Virus record (IMG/VR): IMGVR_UViG_3300030397_000224
Span: 1-35,478 of that record
Length of the DNA stretch: 35,478 bases
Reading direction: 5' to 3' (one strand)
Source: a virus
Taxonomy: Duplodnaviria > Caudoviricetes
Both the position numbers and the translations under genes were made by a program. The notes under the pieces were generated by a model, which saw only the letters and a list, made by a program, of their open reading frames with translations, was not told the DNA's origin and did not search any database. How positions within the stretch are numbered: the stretch's first letter is position 1; each line of letters begins with the position of its first letter. Positions 1-8,431 of this stretch are shown piece after piece.

Positions 1-17
1 GTTTCCCAGTCACGATC
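1..17 (+). other. Random-amplification (Round A/B, SISPA-type) primer remnant; library artefact
   Basis: The first 17 nt are GTTTCCCAGTCACGATC, the tag of the widely used GTTTCCCAGTCACGATC-N9 primer, and sit exactly at the contig start. Confidence 0.9.
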
Positions 18-143
18 CGAGCGAGCAAAGAGTGGGAGGAATACTGTGAAGAATGGAAAAAGCCGACAGACACGGTTTACGGGTATGTCCCGATTGCGCT
101 TGTAGAAGCGTACATCGAATCACATGGCGGTCAGGTGGTTTAA
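18..143 (+). CDS. 3' end of a phage hypothetical protein (5' truncated)
   Basis: Manual translation gives ...EWEEYCEEWKKPTDTVYGYVPIALVEAYIESHGGQVV* (TAA 141-143). The PTDTVYGYVP...HGG motif resembles small phage hypotheticals. Converges on 160..348. Confidence 0.6.
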   Translation, partial: RASKEWEEYCEEWKKPTDTVYGYVPIALVEAYIESHGGQVV

Positions 144-159
144 CAGGAGAACAGTAAAA

Positions 160-348
160 CTACTCAACCGGCCTTAGCTTTCTTAACTCAACTTCCTGTT
201 CAAGTATTGTCTTCACGAACATCGGCACCGGGCTTTTCCCTGACCGCCAACGCCACACGGTAGAACGATCATGGCCGGTTTTCCTGGCAATCCATGCAGA
301 AGGTATTTCAAACTCTCGTTGGATGGCGCAAAGCTGGCGGTTATTCAT
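160..348 (-). CDS. Small XRE/Cro-like helix-turn-helix protein
   Basis: SAWIARKTGHDRSTVWRWRSGKSPVP fits an HTH pattern. The ATG at 348 overlaps the upstream stop (track start 378). Confidence 0.7.
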   Translation of the reverse strand: MNNRQLCAIQREFEIPSAWIARKTGHDRSTVWRWRSGKSPVPMFVKTILEQEVELRKLRPVE

Positions 349-553
349 ACGATGATGAGCAGTCGGTGAACAATTCATTCATGCGGTCTTCCCGCATTCC
401 CTGAAGCAAAGGAATGGTGAAGGTCTCTGCGCGGTGCCTTGCCTCTTCATCCATGGCCAATGTTGCGCCACGTTTTGGGGCAGGCTTTGAGCCGCCTTCA
501 GTGAAGAATGAAAGCCTGGTCAGAGACTCATCAATCAGTTTGATTTCGCTCAA
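341..553 (-). CDS. Hypothetical protein (70 aa)
   Basis: ORF track; start/stop overlaps with both neighbours. Confidence 0.55.
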   Translation of the reverse strand: MSEIKLIDESLTRLSFFTEGGSKPAPKRGATLAMDEEARHRAETFTIPLLQGMREDRMNELFTDCSSSYE

Positions 554-717
554 CTGGAAATGCCTTTCTTGTTGATCTTCTCGAAAGTAACAACCTTGGG
601 TTCCTTCAAGGGGTCTCCTTTCTTGTCAGTGTAGCAAAGCACCCTCTTGGAATGGTGTTTGATGACCGGTGTTTCCGCAGCGTGTTCAACGCACCATTCC
701 CTTACTTTAGCCAGCAT
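550..717 (-). CDS. Small basic hypothetical protein (55 aa, not in ORF track)
   Basis: Manual translation MLAKVREWCVEHAAETPVIKHHSKRVLCYTDKKGDPLKEPKVVTFEKINKKGISS*, with a GAGGA RBS upstream. Confidence 0.65.
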   Translation of the reverse strand: MLAKVREWCVEHAAETPVIKHHSKRVLCYTDKKGDPLKEPKVVTFEKINKKGISS

Positions 718-768
718 AATCAATCCTCAATGAATGGTTGAATTGACCACGCTTGTTAATCCCAGCAT

Positions 769-2871
769 CTAAAACCCCTGTCCCTTAAGTTCCTTGGCGC
801 GGCCAGCTTGCCCTGGTGTGATAAAATCTTTTTCTTCAACCGGCTGGGTAATTGTAATCGGCACCAAGACCGACCGGCAGTTAACGTGATTTGGTGGCTT
901 CAGGGAGTCAAGTTCAGGGTCATCCAAGTTGAAGACCCTGCCATCCAAGGCGCTGCAGACCGGCGAGGTGCGCCCGTCCATAATCGCGGAATACTGCATG
1001 CCTCTCATGGCTTGCGGGAATTGCCTGGCCTGCACCAACCGGCCCTGGTTGAACGCGGCGGTTGACTCGGTACGCGCAATCATTTCAGTCCTGAAAGGGG
1101 CCATGGCCTTGTCATCTTTGATCAAGGTAGGATCACCAACAAACGGTTCAAAGGCGGCTTTGATTCTCAACTGGACTTGCCCGGTTGTTTCCCCGTTGCC
1201 GATACCAGTTAACACAGCCTGTTTAACGCGCTTCAGTATCTCCTGGTCTTGCGTGGCAGCAAGTTCAATGCTCTTGTCCTTGAGATAAGCCAAGGCTTCT
1301 CTTGGTTGTGTGTTGACCTGCATTTCAATGGCAACCGGGACTTCATTGGCCAGTTGCTCCCGGCCAAAGTCAAACGTTGAATCAAGGAAGGTTCGATATG
1401 ACTTGCGAAGTTTTGACACCCCCGGCAATTCATTCACGGTGATAGGCGCTTGCTTCCTGGCGTAATCCCTTAGCATCCGGTCACGCGCTTCAATCAGGAT
1501 TGACTGAACACTGATTGTCAATTCCTGTTCTCGTTGGTTCAGGCCGGTTTCAATCTGCTGAAAGTTCATCACCGCTTCATACTGATTTGGTGCCCGGTTC
1601 AGCGCAAAGGTCAACTTCTGGAAAGGTAAATCCTCTTCATCTTCTTCTTCAAAGACCCGTTCAGGGAATCCGGTTGCGGCCCTGATATGCCTCTCATCTT
1701 CGTCAGTCGTTGCAACAACCCCTTCCTTCACCAGTTCAACCCACAACTTGAACATGCTGTGAATATCATCATCAGACAAGGGCAGTAGCCGGAACCGGGG
1801 ATATGAAGTGACGTTGAAATTCAGGTCAACCAACGGCTTAAGGATGGCTTCGTTAACGGCCTGCTCTTCGATTTCCTGCCGAAGCTGGTTCACAACAAAC
1901 ATGAACACATCAAAGATCACCCTGGCCCTGGCTTGTGAGCCAACCGCTTCTTCAGGGGAAATGCCAAGCAGTCCCGGCATCAGGATGGCCTTGGCCATGT
2001 CCTTGTCAAACTTGTCAAGGGCAGGCTCAAAGGCTTCCCCTACTCTCGCGTTCATCGTATCCGGTGACCAGAATTCAAGATCATCTTTGTTTTCCCCTCG
2101 GGGAACGATGCCAACGGTTGCCGCCTGGATCTTCTTCATGATGGTCTTCAGGGAATCTAAAACCTTCCCTGTGAAGCTGGCGGAATTGTACAGGCCAAGG
2201 ATGGGAGGAATACCCATTCTTTCGAGATACATCAGCAACCATTTGTAGGTGTTGTTCTTTGACCAGTAAGCCCGGTAAGCGGCGACAAGATCACTGGTGC
2301 CATACGGGTTATCAAACTCTTCCATGTAAGTGAAGATGACAAACTTCGCCGGGTTCAATGGAACTTTCTTGAAGCCCTGCGATTGGTACAGCGCGGTAAT
2401 TTCACCGAAATCACTTTGACCAAAAGTGAAAGTGTGCGGGCGCCTGGTCTTCAGTGCAGCAAGATGAATCCTTGACTCTTCAAGAACGAAGACCTTTTCT
2501 GTCACACTGAAGCCATAATCAATCGCGGTCATGATTTCCAGCAACGCATGATCCAAGGTGCCTCTGACATGCAGGAAGTTATCACGCACAAACTCAGTCA
2601 CTTCCCAATCGTCATCCTGGTCATCGGGGCTGACCACTTCCCAGCCGGACGAAATAACAGCATGCTTCTTGAACAACAACGCTGCCTTGATCTGCTCTTC
2701 CTTCCGCATTTCGTCAATAATGCGGTAACCCTTGCGGCTGATCAGTTCAGAAGGGTTGTAAACCTCGTCACCGAATCCTTTGAACCTGGCCGAAGAATCC
2801 ATGATAGCCACTTCAGTCAAAGCTTCAGCAGGGGTCAGCATGTGCTGAAATCGTTCAATCAGTGTCGGCAT
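769..2871 (-). CDS. Portal protein (DUF935/Mu gp29-like) fused to a MuF/SPP1 gp7 minor head domain
   Basis: N-terminal ~410 aa has portal motifs (AIDYGFSVTEKVF, NPYGTSDL, YLERMGIP, MAKAIL, YPRF). C-terminus has MuF motifs (IARTE..A.NQGR, YSAIMDGRTSPVCSALDG, PPNHVNCRS). Lies downstream of TerL. Confidence 0.88.
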   Translation of the reverse strand: MPTLIERFQHMLTPAEALTEVAIMDSSARFKGFGDEVYNPSELISRKGYRIIDEMRKEEQIKAALLFKKHAVISSGWEVVSPDDQDDDWEVTEFVRDNFLHVRGTLDHALLEIMTAIDYGFSVTEKVFVLEESRIHLAALKTRRPHTFTFGQSDFGEITALYQSQGFKKVPLNPAKFVIFTYMEEFDNPYGTSDLVAAYRAYWSKNNTYKWLLMYLERMGIPPILGLYNSASFTGKVLDSLKTIMKKIQAATVGIVPRGENKDDLEFWSPDTMNARVGEAFEPALDKFDKDMAKAILMPGLLGISPEEAVGSQARARVIFDVFMFVVNQLRQEIEEQAVNEAILKPLVDLNFNVTSYPRFRLLPLSDDDIHSMFKLWVELVKEGVVATTDEDERHIRAATGFPERVFEEEDEEDLPFQKLTFALNRAPNQYEAVMNFQQIETGLNQREQELTISVQSILIEARDRMLRDYARKQAPITVNELPGVSKLRKSYRTFLDSTFDFGREQLANEVPVAIEMQVNTQPREALAYLKDKSIELAATQDQEILKRVKQAVLTGIGNGETTGQVQLRIKAAFEPFVGDPTLIKDDKAMAPFRTEMIARTESTAAFNQGRLVQARQFPQAMRGMQYSAIMDGRTSPVCSALDGRVFNLDDPELDSLKPPNHVNCRSVLVPITITQPVEEKDFITPGQAGRAKELKGQGF

Positions 2872-3130
2872 GACTGTTCCTGTTATTGAAGGTGGGCGAA
2901 AACTTCATGACCAGTTCCCGACTGGAAATTTCAACGGCACCAAGACCGACCGCCCTGGCGCGCACGCTTTTTGATATGTCATAGTGTGGCATTCTTTTAT
3001 TCTGGAACCAGCTTCTTTTCAGGCCAAGCATTTCGGCCATGTCATGCAGTTCTTCAAGTGTATCTGCCACCATGTGGCACATGACCATTCTGCCATAAGG
3101 CCACCTCGATTCATCGACATACACCGCCAT
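2855..3130 (-). CDS. DUF4031 family protein
   Basis: MAVYVD, CHMVADTLEELH, LGLKRSWFQ, HYDI, RARAV..GA are the family pattern. Confidence 0.85.
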   Translation of the reverse strand: MAVYVDESRWPYGRMVMCHMVADTLEELHDMAEMLGLKRSWFQNKRMPHYDISKSVRARAVGLGAVEISSRELVMKFSPTFNNRNSHADTD

Positions 3131-3135
3131 TCAAA

Positions 3136-4410
3136 TCAATCCCACGGGTCACCTTCCGTTGCAGTCTGCAACGTATTCTCAATTATTGCCTTCTCCGCGT
3201 CAAACTGTTCCCCTGATCCCGGCTTGATGAGCCGGTGAAGGCCGTATTTTACTGCATCCCAAATGTGGTCATTGGCATCAACAAGTTTGGTGGTGATTTC
3301 TTCCGTGACTCGGTCAACCTTATAACGCCAGTCCCTGGCTTCCTGCGTGGCGTGCTTGCACTCTGGATGAATGACAATCTTTTCAAAGCCGCGAAGATAG
3401 GCAATCGAGTCTTCAACAGAACCTGGCCACTTGTCAGCCGCTTCCATCTTGAAGCCTTTCTTGCGCATGTGACTGATGGTTTCTGGCCGGGCATTGTCGG
3501 CAGAAATCTTCCGATCTCGGCTATCTAGTATCGAATCGAACAAGGCCGGTGTGTCATCCAGATCACACTTGACTTTGTATGCTTCCTTTTCGATGTAAAG
3601 AATGCCCTGGCGCAGTTTCGTTCTGCCGTATATCCAGAACTTGACCAAGGTTGTCGGGTCAACACTGAAGCCCCAATCAGCGCCATAATACGGCCCTTCC
3701 CATTTCGGGTCATCGGGATGAGGCTCAAGAATGTCAAGTTCCCACTTCCCGTTTAGGACTTGCGCATCACTGAACTGTCGCGGCTGGCCTTCCCAAACAT
3801 GCAGGTAGGCATCATAGTCAACCTCTTTCAGATAATCTTTCTCTTCCCGCATTTCCTCGGGAAACATCCCAAGCTCTTCGGCATAGCGCCAATTCGATTC
3901 TATGACTATCCGGTTCCTTGGTGGCCTGATAATCATTCGTTGGTGTGTTGGATCTGTCTCACGGTTCAGATTGTACGTGACCCATATTTCAGAACCCGGT
4001 TTCCTGATCGTCGGCGGCAGAACCCGCCATGATTCTTCTGACATATTTTCCGCTTCTTCACACCAGCAGATCGTGACCCCTTCAAGAGACTTAATATCTT
4101 GTGAATTGTGACGAAGACCAAGAAAGATGAATTCTGATCTGCCTATCTTGATCGAGTCCCGCAGAACTTTAGTACCGCCAACCTGCATCTGCTCTGCCTG
4201 CGTTTCTATCAGTCGGTGAACGGAATCTTTAATTGATCGTTGTAGTTCCCTGGTGCAAAGAATCCGGTGCTTTTCTTCAGCAGCCTTCAGTATCAAGGCC
4301 CGGCAGAAGTTCCAAGACTTGAGAGAGTAACGACCACCAAGGCCGACTTTATACCGCGCCTTTTCTTCCCTTAATGGCGCAAACTTGGCAGGAATTTGAA
4401 CGGTTACCAC
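3136..4410 (-). CDS. terL: Terminase large subunit (PBSX/Terminase_3 family)
   Basis: Walker A-like GGRYSLKS, RELQRSIKDSV, IKSLEG, Walker B WCEEAE; nuclease domain GADWGFSVDPT, ADNARPETI, DANDHIWDAVKY. Confidence 0.95.
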   Translation of the reverse strand: MVTVQIPAKFAPLREEKARYKVGLGGRYSLKSWNFCRALILKAAEEKHRILCTRELQRSIKDSVHRLIETQAEQMQVGGTKVLRDSIKIGRSEFIFLGLRHNSQDIKSLEGVTICWCEEAENMSEESWRVLPPTIRKPGSEIWVTYNLNRETDPTHQRMIIRPPRNRIVIESNWRYAEELGMFPEEMREEKDYLKEVDYDAYLHVWEGQPRQFSDAQVLNGKWELDILEPHPDDPKWEGPYYGADWGFSVDPTTLVKFWIYGRTKLRQGILYIEKEAYKVKCDLDDTPALFDSILDSRDRKISADNARPETISHMRKKGFKMEAADKWPGSVEDSIAYLRGFEKIVIHPECKHATQEARDWRYKVDRVTEEITTKLVDANDHIWDAVKYGLHRLIKPGSGEQFDAEKAIIENTLQTATEGDPWD

Positions 4411-4425
4411 TTGCGAATATTATCA
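4411..4425 (-). promoter_or_regulatory. Putative extended -10 promoter giving leaderless terL mRNA
   Basis: Minus strand reads TGaTAATAT, then 6 nt, then the GTG start at 4410. No Shine-Dalgarno. Confidence 0.45.
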
Positions 4426-4442
4426 CTTCTTCAGGTCATTGC

Positions 4443-4631
4443 TTATGGGGTGTCCGTGTCAGGCTTCACCTTGTGGTATCTCGGTATTTTGCTAATCACC
4501 ACTGCTGTACCTCGCAAAGTCGCTTCCTTCTTTCGTAACAATTCACGTTGTTGTAACTGAGGCGGTGTACATCCGCAGATACCGTAAAAGACCTTGTGCA
4601 GAGGGCACTGGACTATGGTGTAGCAACTCAT
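4443..4631 (-). CDS. Hypothetical Cys-rich protein (62 aa)
   Basis: ORF track; strong GAGGGGGAGGG RBS. Confidence 0.6.
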   Translation of the reverse strand: MSCYTIVQCPLHKVFYGICGCTPPQLQQRELLRKKEATLRGTAVVISKIPRYHKVKPDTDTP

Positions 4632-4671
4632 CCCTCCCCCTCAAGTAAGTGGCTGTGCTGGATATCTCGCA

Positions 4672-5058
4672 TTATTGATCTGCCTCGTTACCCACTGGAA
4701 TTACCAATACCGGAATGCCTTTGGTGAAGGCTCGTTGAATCGTGTCCCATGTGCCGCCTTTCTTGTGGTACAGGTCGTGATGATCAGGTAACGCGCCCAG
4801 TCGGTCTGCTACATCAATCATCTTGCCGTTTCTAATCGGCCCAGCAGCGTTACCCTGCTTCTCCCAGTCTGCGCGGAAACACCTGCCGTCATTGAGGCTG
4901 ATCCCGAATGCCTCTCTAACGCACTTATCAATTCCGGTTTTGCAACACCCGACAATAACTTCGTAGTGGTTTCCGCCTGCTAGCGCTCTTGCCATCCGGC
5001 GCAGCACGGCACTCGACACCTCGTGCTTCCTGCTACCTGAAAACGCTATCTTCTTCAT
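4672..5058 (-). CDS. SLOG superfamily protein (DUF2493/YspA/DprA-like)
   Basis: KIAFSGSR, ADWEKQGNAAGPIRNGKMID and GGTWDTIQRA motifs. Confidence 0.8.
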   Translation of the reverse strand: MKKIAFSGSRKHEVSSAVLRRMARALAGGNHYEVIVGCCKTGIDKCVREAFGISLNDGRCFRADWEKQGNAAGPIRNGKMIDVADRLGALPDHHDLYHKKGGTWDTIQRAFTKGIPVLVIPVGNEADQ

Positions 5059-5366
5059 CCGCTATCTCCGCTCTTATCGTTATCTTGCTCGTATCGCGTC
5101 AGCACAGGAGCCTTTCTGAATCTCAGCAAACCATCAGGCAGAGGATTTTCTTCAACGTGCCTTGCATAATGTGGAGAGCAGTAGTGAGTGTTCTCGGCTA
5201 TAGGGAAAGCATGATCGCGGCATAAGTGCCTGTCGCAAGTTCCGTTCCCAACCGGATAGTCGCAGAGATAATCAGCCACCCAGTTACATTCTCCGCAATG
5301 AGGCCCTAGATCGCCGCACAGAAACATTGTTCCGCCATCATCTGTTTGACGAATATACAAAGCCAT
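5055..5366 (-). CDS. Cys/His-rich zinc-finger hypothetical protein
   Basis: CxxC, LCDYPV, TCDRHLCRDHA, YCSPH. Confidence 0.7.
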   Translation of the reverse strand: MALYIRQTDDGGTMFLCGDLGPHCGECNWVADYLCDYPVGNGTCDRHLCRDHAFPIAENTHYCSPHYARHVEENPLPDGLLRFRKAPVLTRYEQDNDKSGDSG

Positions 5367-5884
5367 TACTTATCCTCTGGTATGGGCATCCAGTGGGTTA
5401 TCCTTGCATGGAAGGTTGCTGCCCATGCGCCCGCAAGAAACTCAAAGACCATCGGGAAGGTTGCTTCGTGATAAGGGTTGAACGCCATGCAGAGATAGAC
5501 TCCTTCTTCATCAGGAAACCTATCATCAGCAGACACCCACGGATTCTCCAACGCTTCTATGCGCTCCTGTAACTCAGCTAGGTTTGTAATGCACTCCCCG
5601 ACTAATTCAACTGCTGAATCAGCGTGACCTGTGCTGATGCTCATGCTGATGAGTTTTTCACATGCCGCGTTCACTGCTACTTCTTCGTCGGCTATGCGCT
5701 CCTGTAGGTGCTGGATGGTTTCCTCTGCCGTAATCAGTTCAGCAAGTAAGACGGTCATTAGATATGACTCGGCATCCCACCCTTTGTGGACAAGGGCCTC
5801 TGTCGCCTTGCCGCAGCGTTCGGAATGTCTGTGCTTCGTCAGGTCAACTGAATTTATCAAATCGTCATGCTCACCCATCATCAC
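5366..5884 (-). CDS. Ead/Ea22-like coiled-coil protein with C-terminal DUF551 domain
   Basis: C-terminal WVSADDRFP...ITHWMPIPE is the DUF551 pattern; LQERI coiled-coil repeats. Confidence 0.7.
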   Translation of the reverse strand: MMMGEHDDLINSVDLTKHRHSERCGKATEALVHKGWDAESYLMTVLLAELITAEETIQHLQERIADEEVAVNAACEKLISMSISTGHADSAVELVGECITNLAELQERIEALENPWVSADDRFPDEEGVYLCMAFNPYHEATFPMVFEFLAGAWAATFHARITHWMPIPEDK

Positions 5885-6092
5885 GCTCCCTTAGAAACTC
5901 ATCCACGGCAGTCTGGTCGTCACCGCATTCAGTGAGCCAGTCAGAATCCAGGTAGTGATGCTTCATCAGCCATTCTGAATACTCGGTTAGCAGGGCGTTG
6001 GCTTCTACTTTGCGGCGTGAGGCGAGTAGTGATTTTTCTTGAAGTTGTTTACGCAGCCTATGAATCTCTAAAGCGGCATTATGACCCATCAT
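5871..6092 (-). CDS. Hypothetical protein
   Basis: Start reassigned to MMGHN, which follows a GGAGG RBS and overlaps the upstream stop. Confidence 0.6.
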   Translation of the reverse strand: MMGHNAALEIHRLRKQLQEKSLLASRRKVEANALLTEYSEWLMKHHYLDSDWLTECGDDQTAVDEFLRERDDG

Positions 6093-6357
6093 CACCTCCC
6101 TTGAGTGCTGCCTGAATGTCCACGGCTTGGTGATAAGCACAGACAAAGCCTTCTATCAGAAGATCGCTATTCGGATGGCATCGTTCGCAAGCATGATCAC
6201 CGCCCCAAAAGGTTTCTTCAAACGGCTCTACTTTGCGGACTATGAAACTTGAAAGTAACTTCACCTGTTCCCGTAGTGCGTCCCTTTCTTCTCGGGCTTT
6301 TAGGCAGTTGTCAGCCAGTTTACAAATACCATCTGCAAGATCACTCTTTTCACCCAT
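6079..6357 (-). CDS. Hypothetical protein (92 aa, CxxC)
   Basis: ORF track; coupled start/stop. Confidence 0.65.
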   Translation of the reverse strand: MGEKSDLADGICKLADNCLKAREERDALREQVKLLSSFIVRKVEPFEETFWGGDHACERCHPNSDLLIEGFVCAYHQAVDIQAALKGGDDGS

Positions 6358-6901
6358 CGTCGTTGCTCTTCTGTAGTGCTGACTGAATCTTCTGGTGAAG
6401 TATCGAACCTGAACCGATTGCGTTTTTCGGGTTTGGCTTCAGGTATTCATCGCATTCACGTAGCGTTTCAACCAACTGCCAGTAATCATTCTTCAGCGTG
6501 TATCCGCTGCCATCTACCCTTGGCGGCTTCCCGCCAATAACGTCAGCCAAAGATTCCAAAGCATCGTCGTACCGCTGCATATCGTCGTCTGGTAAGTCAG
6601 GATCACAGGCAACGGTGATGTAATGTTTGACTGCTGTTTCAAGTTCAATGATTCGTTTCTTATATGCGTCGGCTAAGCAGTCTCCATCACAAAAACTCGA
6701 ACATCCTTCGCATAGCGGTTCAACCTCGCAAAGAACCTCGCCGCCTGTCGGTCTGTGCCGTTCAGTACAGCCGCGTTTGCCACAAATTTCACACTCCGCG
6801 CTACACCGTGGACAACCTTCTAATGTAGGTTGCTCACCGTCAATCGTGTATCCAACAATCCCTTCTCCCTTGCATATCTGGCATGCTTTTACTTCACCCA
6901 T
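6350..6901 (-). CDS. Multi-zinc-finger hypothetical protein
   Basis: Start reassigned to MGEVKACQICKGEG (ATG 6901 after CAGGAGAG). Several CxxC motifs. Confidence 0.65.
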   Translation of the reverse strand: MGEVKACQICKGEGIVGYTIDGEQPTLEGCPRCSAECEICGKRGCTERHRPTGGEVLCEVEPLCEGCSSFCDGDCLADAYKKRIIELETAVKHYITVACDPDLPDDDMQRYDDALESLADVIGGKPPRVDGSGYTLKNDYWQLVETLRECDEYLKPNPKNAIGSGSILHQKIQSALQKSNDDG

Positions 6902-7112
6902 CGTTGCTGCTCTCCTGTTCCTGCCACAAGTATTCCGGGTGCGTGTGCTCACAGGCTTCAAGTTCTTTACTTTCGTCGCCGGGATCAACAAGCCCGTTGC
7001 AGATGATCTTGACCTGCCCGTAATAGTCTGGACGATCTGGTACCAGTTCCCCACTGCACATTGGATTAGGGCAGTACCTTGGAACGATTCGCCCTGTGTT
7101 GTCTCGCATCAT
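6894..7112 (-). CDS. Small zinc-ribbon hypothetical protein (72 aa)
   Basis: CPNPMC...C...C; AGGAG RBS; bracketed by 18-bp direct repeats. Confidence 0.65.
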   Translation of the reverse strand: MMRDNTGRIVPRYCPNPMCSGELVPDRPDYYGQVKIICNGLVDPGDESKELEACEHTHPEYLWQEQESSNDG

Positions 7113-7132
7113 TGGCTGCTCTCCTGTTCCTG
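6906..7132. repeat. 18-bp direct repeat GCTGCTCTCCTGTTCCTG (6906-6923 and 7115-7132)
   Basis: Exact match read from the sequence; partial third copy TCTCCTGCTCCTG at 7230-7242. Confidence 0.9.
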
Positions 7133-7149
7133 TTCCTCAATCAAATGGT

Positions 7150-8019
7150 TCATGGAATATGCACCCCGTTACATGACGAACAACCTCGACCACCGCAGAA
7201 GGGGCAGTTCTCAAAGTGCATCTTCTCATTCTCCTGCTCCTGTAGGTCTGCTTCTTTTTCAGCCTTTCCGGGCCTCATCGTTCCAGCGTCGCAAATCTGT
7301 TTGAACCAGTTTCCTAGTGCAGCGGCTGTGGTAATGATGTGATGTTTTGCTTTTTCCTCGTCCCCTTCTATTGCTGACCTGAGCGCCTTACCGGATAGAT
7401 AGCCAATTAACCAGAACCAGTCGCTAGACAACTTGCCTGCATCGTGCTCGCTACCCCACTTGTACTCTTGAAACGGAATTTCAACCTTGACACCTTCGAT
7501 AAAGTCATGCGTCAAGGGGTTGTTGATGGTAGCTTCCAGATCAGCCACCCGCTGTTGGGATTGCTGTAGTTGTTCCTGAAGATGGTCGCGTTCTGTTTCC
7601 AGTGACAGAATCTTTGCGAAAGGGTTATTGAGAGCCAAATTCTCCGCTTGCAGTTTCTTCACCTGCTCCTGAAGCGCCTGCACTTCGTTCTTGTGCATGG
7701 CTATCCATTCTTCAGAGTCTTTGACCTTGTTGATGAGGTCGTTTCGCTCTCTCAAAATTGTCTGGTAATCCCCGGCGGCAAAAGCAACGTGGTCGCAAAA
7801 CTGATCAGTAATGGCTATACGCTCTCGGCCTTCTACGTAGATGTACTTAACAGGGACACTTTCGTCACCGATAAGCACCCACGAATGCATATCAAGTCTG
7901 CCGTGAGTGATTTCGGGGCAGGCGTTCAACATGGCATCGCGCCATATCTTTTTCTGCCCGTCCGGCAGGTGTTCGTCACCGTGAGAATCTTCCGGCACAT
8001 CGGTAAGTTTGTTAGTCAT
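7150..8019 (-). CDS. Ead/Ea22-like mosaic coiled-coil protein
   Basis: Central coiled coil. C-terminal HDAGK...DWFWLIGYLSGKAL...HHIITTAAAL is a helical domain typical of phage accessory proteins. Confidence 0.65.
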   Translation of the reverse strand: MTNKLTDVPEDSHGDEHLPDGQKKIWRDAMLNACPEITHGRLDMHSWVLIGDESVPVKYIYVEGRERIAITDQFCDHVAFAAGDYQTILRERNDLINKVKDSEEWIAMHKNEVQALQEQVKKLQAENLALNNPFAKILSLETERDHLQEQLQQSQQRVADLEATINNPLTHDFIEGVKVEIPFQEYKWGSEHDAGKLSSDWFWLIGYLSGKALRSAIEGDEEKAKHHIITTAAALGNWFKQICDAGTMRPGKAEKEADLQEQENEKMHFENCPFCGGRGCSSCNGVHIP

Positions 8020-8150
8020 ACAGAAACATCCCCATCAATCGTTGATTCACCCGCGTACTTCGGCCGGGCTTCCATTTCGACGCACTTCTCTGAGGCGGCT
8101 GCAATCACGTCTGTAAACGCCCATATCACATCAGGTATGTTGTCAGTCAT
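8016..8150 (-). CDS. Small hypothetical protein (44 aa, not in ORF track)
   Basis: MTDNIPDVIWAFTDVIAAASEKCVEMEARPKYAGESTIDGDVSV*; GGAG RBS and ATGA overlaps at both ends. Confidence 0.55.
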   Translation of the reverse strand: MTDNIPDVIWAFTDVIAAASEKCVEMEARPKYAGESTIDGDVSV

Positions 8151-8431
8151 TGGTGCTCCCCGTTCAAGGTGTCGCTTTCGCTCATCATCTTCAAAAGCGC
8201 GTCCGTGACAGTGGTAGCAAGATACTCTGCAATGTTTTTCCTGACGGTTAGCTTTTTGCGCATTTCCTCGCTACAGGAAAGAACTGATCCTGGCTCAAGT
8301 AGTAGACCTAGCGGCTCGCTGGATTCTCTTATCGGCGCGAATGATTCATAGATCAGAGGCTCTGCAACCGGTAGCTTTTGAGTAAACACTCCGTATCGTG
8401 TCGAAACGGTAACCGTTATCTGGTCAGTCAT
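8147..8431 (-). CDS. Hypothetical protein (94 aa)
   Basis: ORF track; RBS and ATGA overlaps. Confidence 0.65.
   Translation of the reverse strand: MTDQITVTVSTRYGVFTQKLPVAEPLIYESFAPIRESSEPLGLLLEPGSVLSCSEEMRKKLTVRKNIAEYLATTVTDALLKMMSESDTLNGEHQ

Noticed and set aside
6627-8208. Plus-strand ORFs of 225 and 186 aa
   Set aside because: Antisense to tightly coupled minus-strand genes and lacking motifs.
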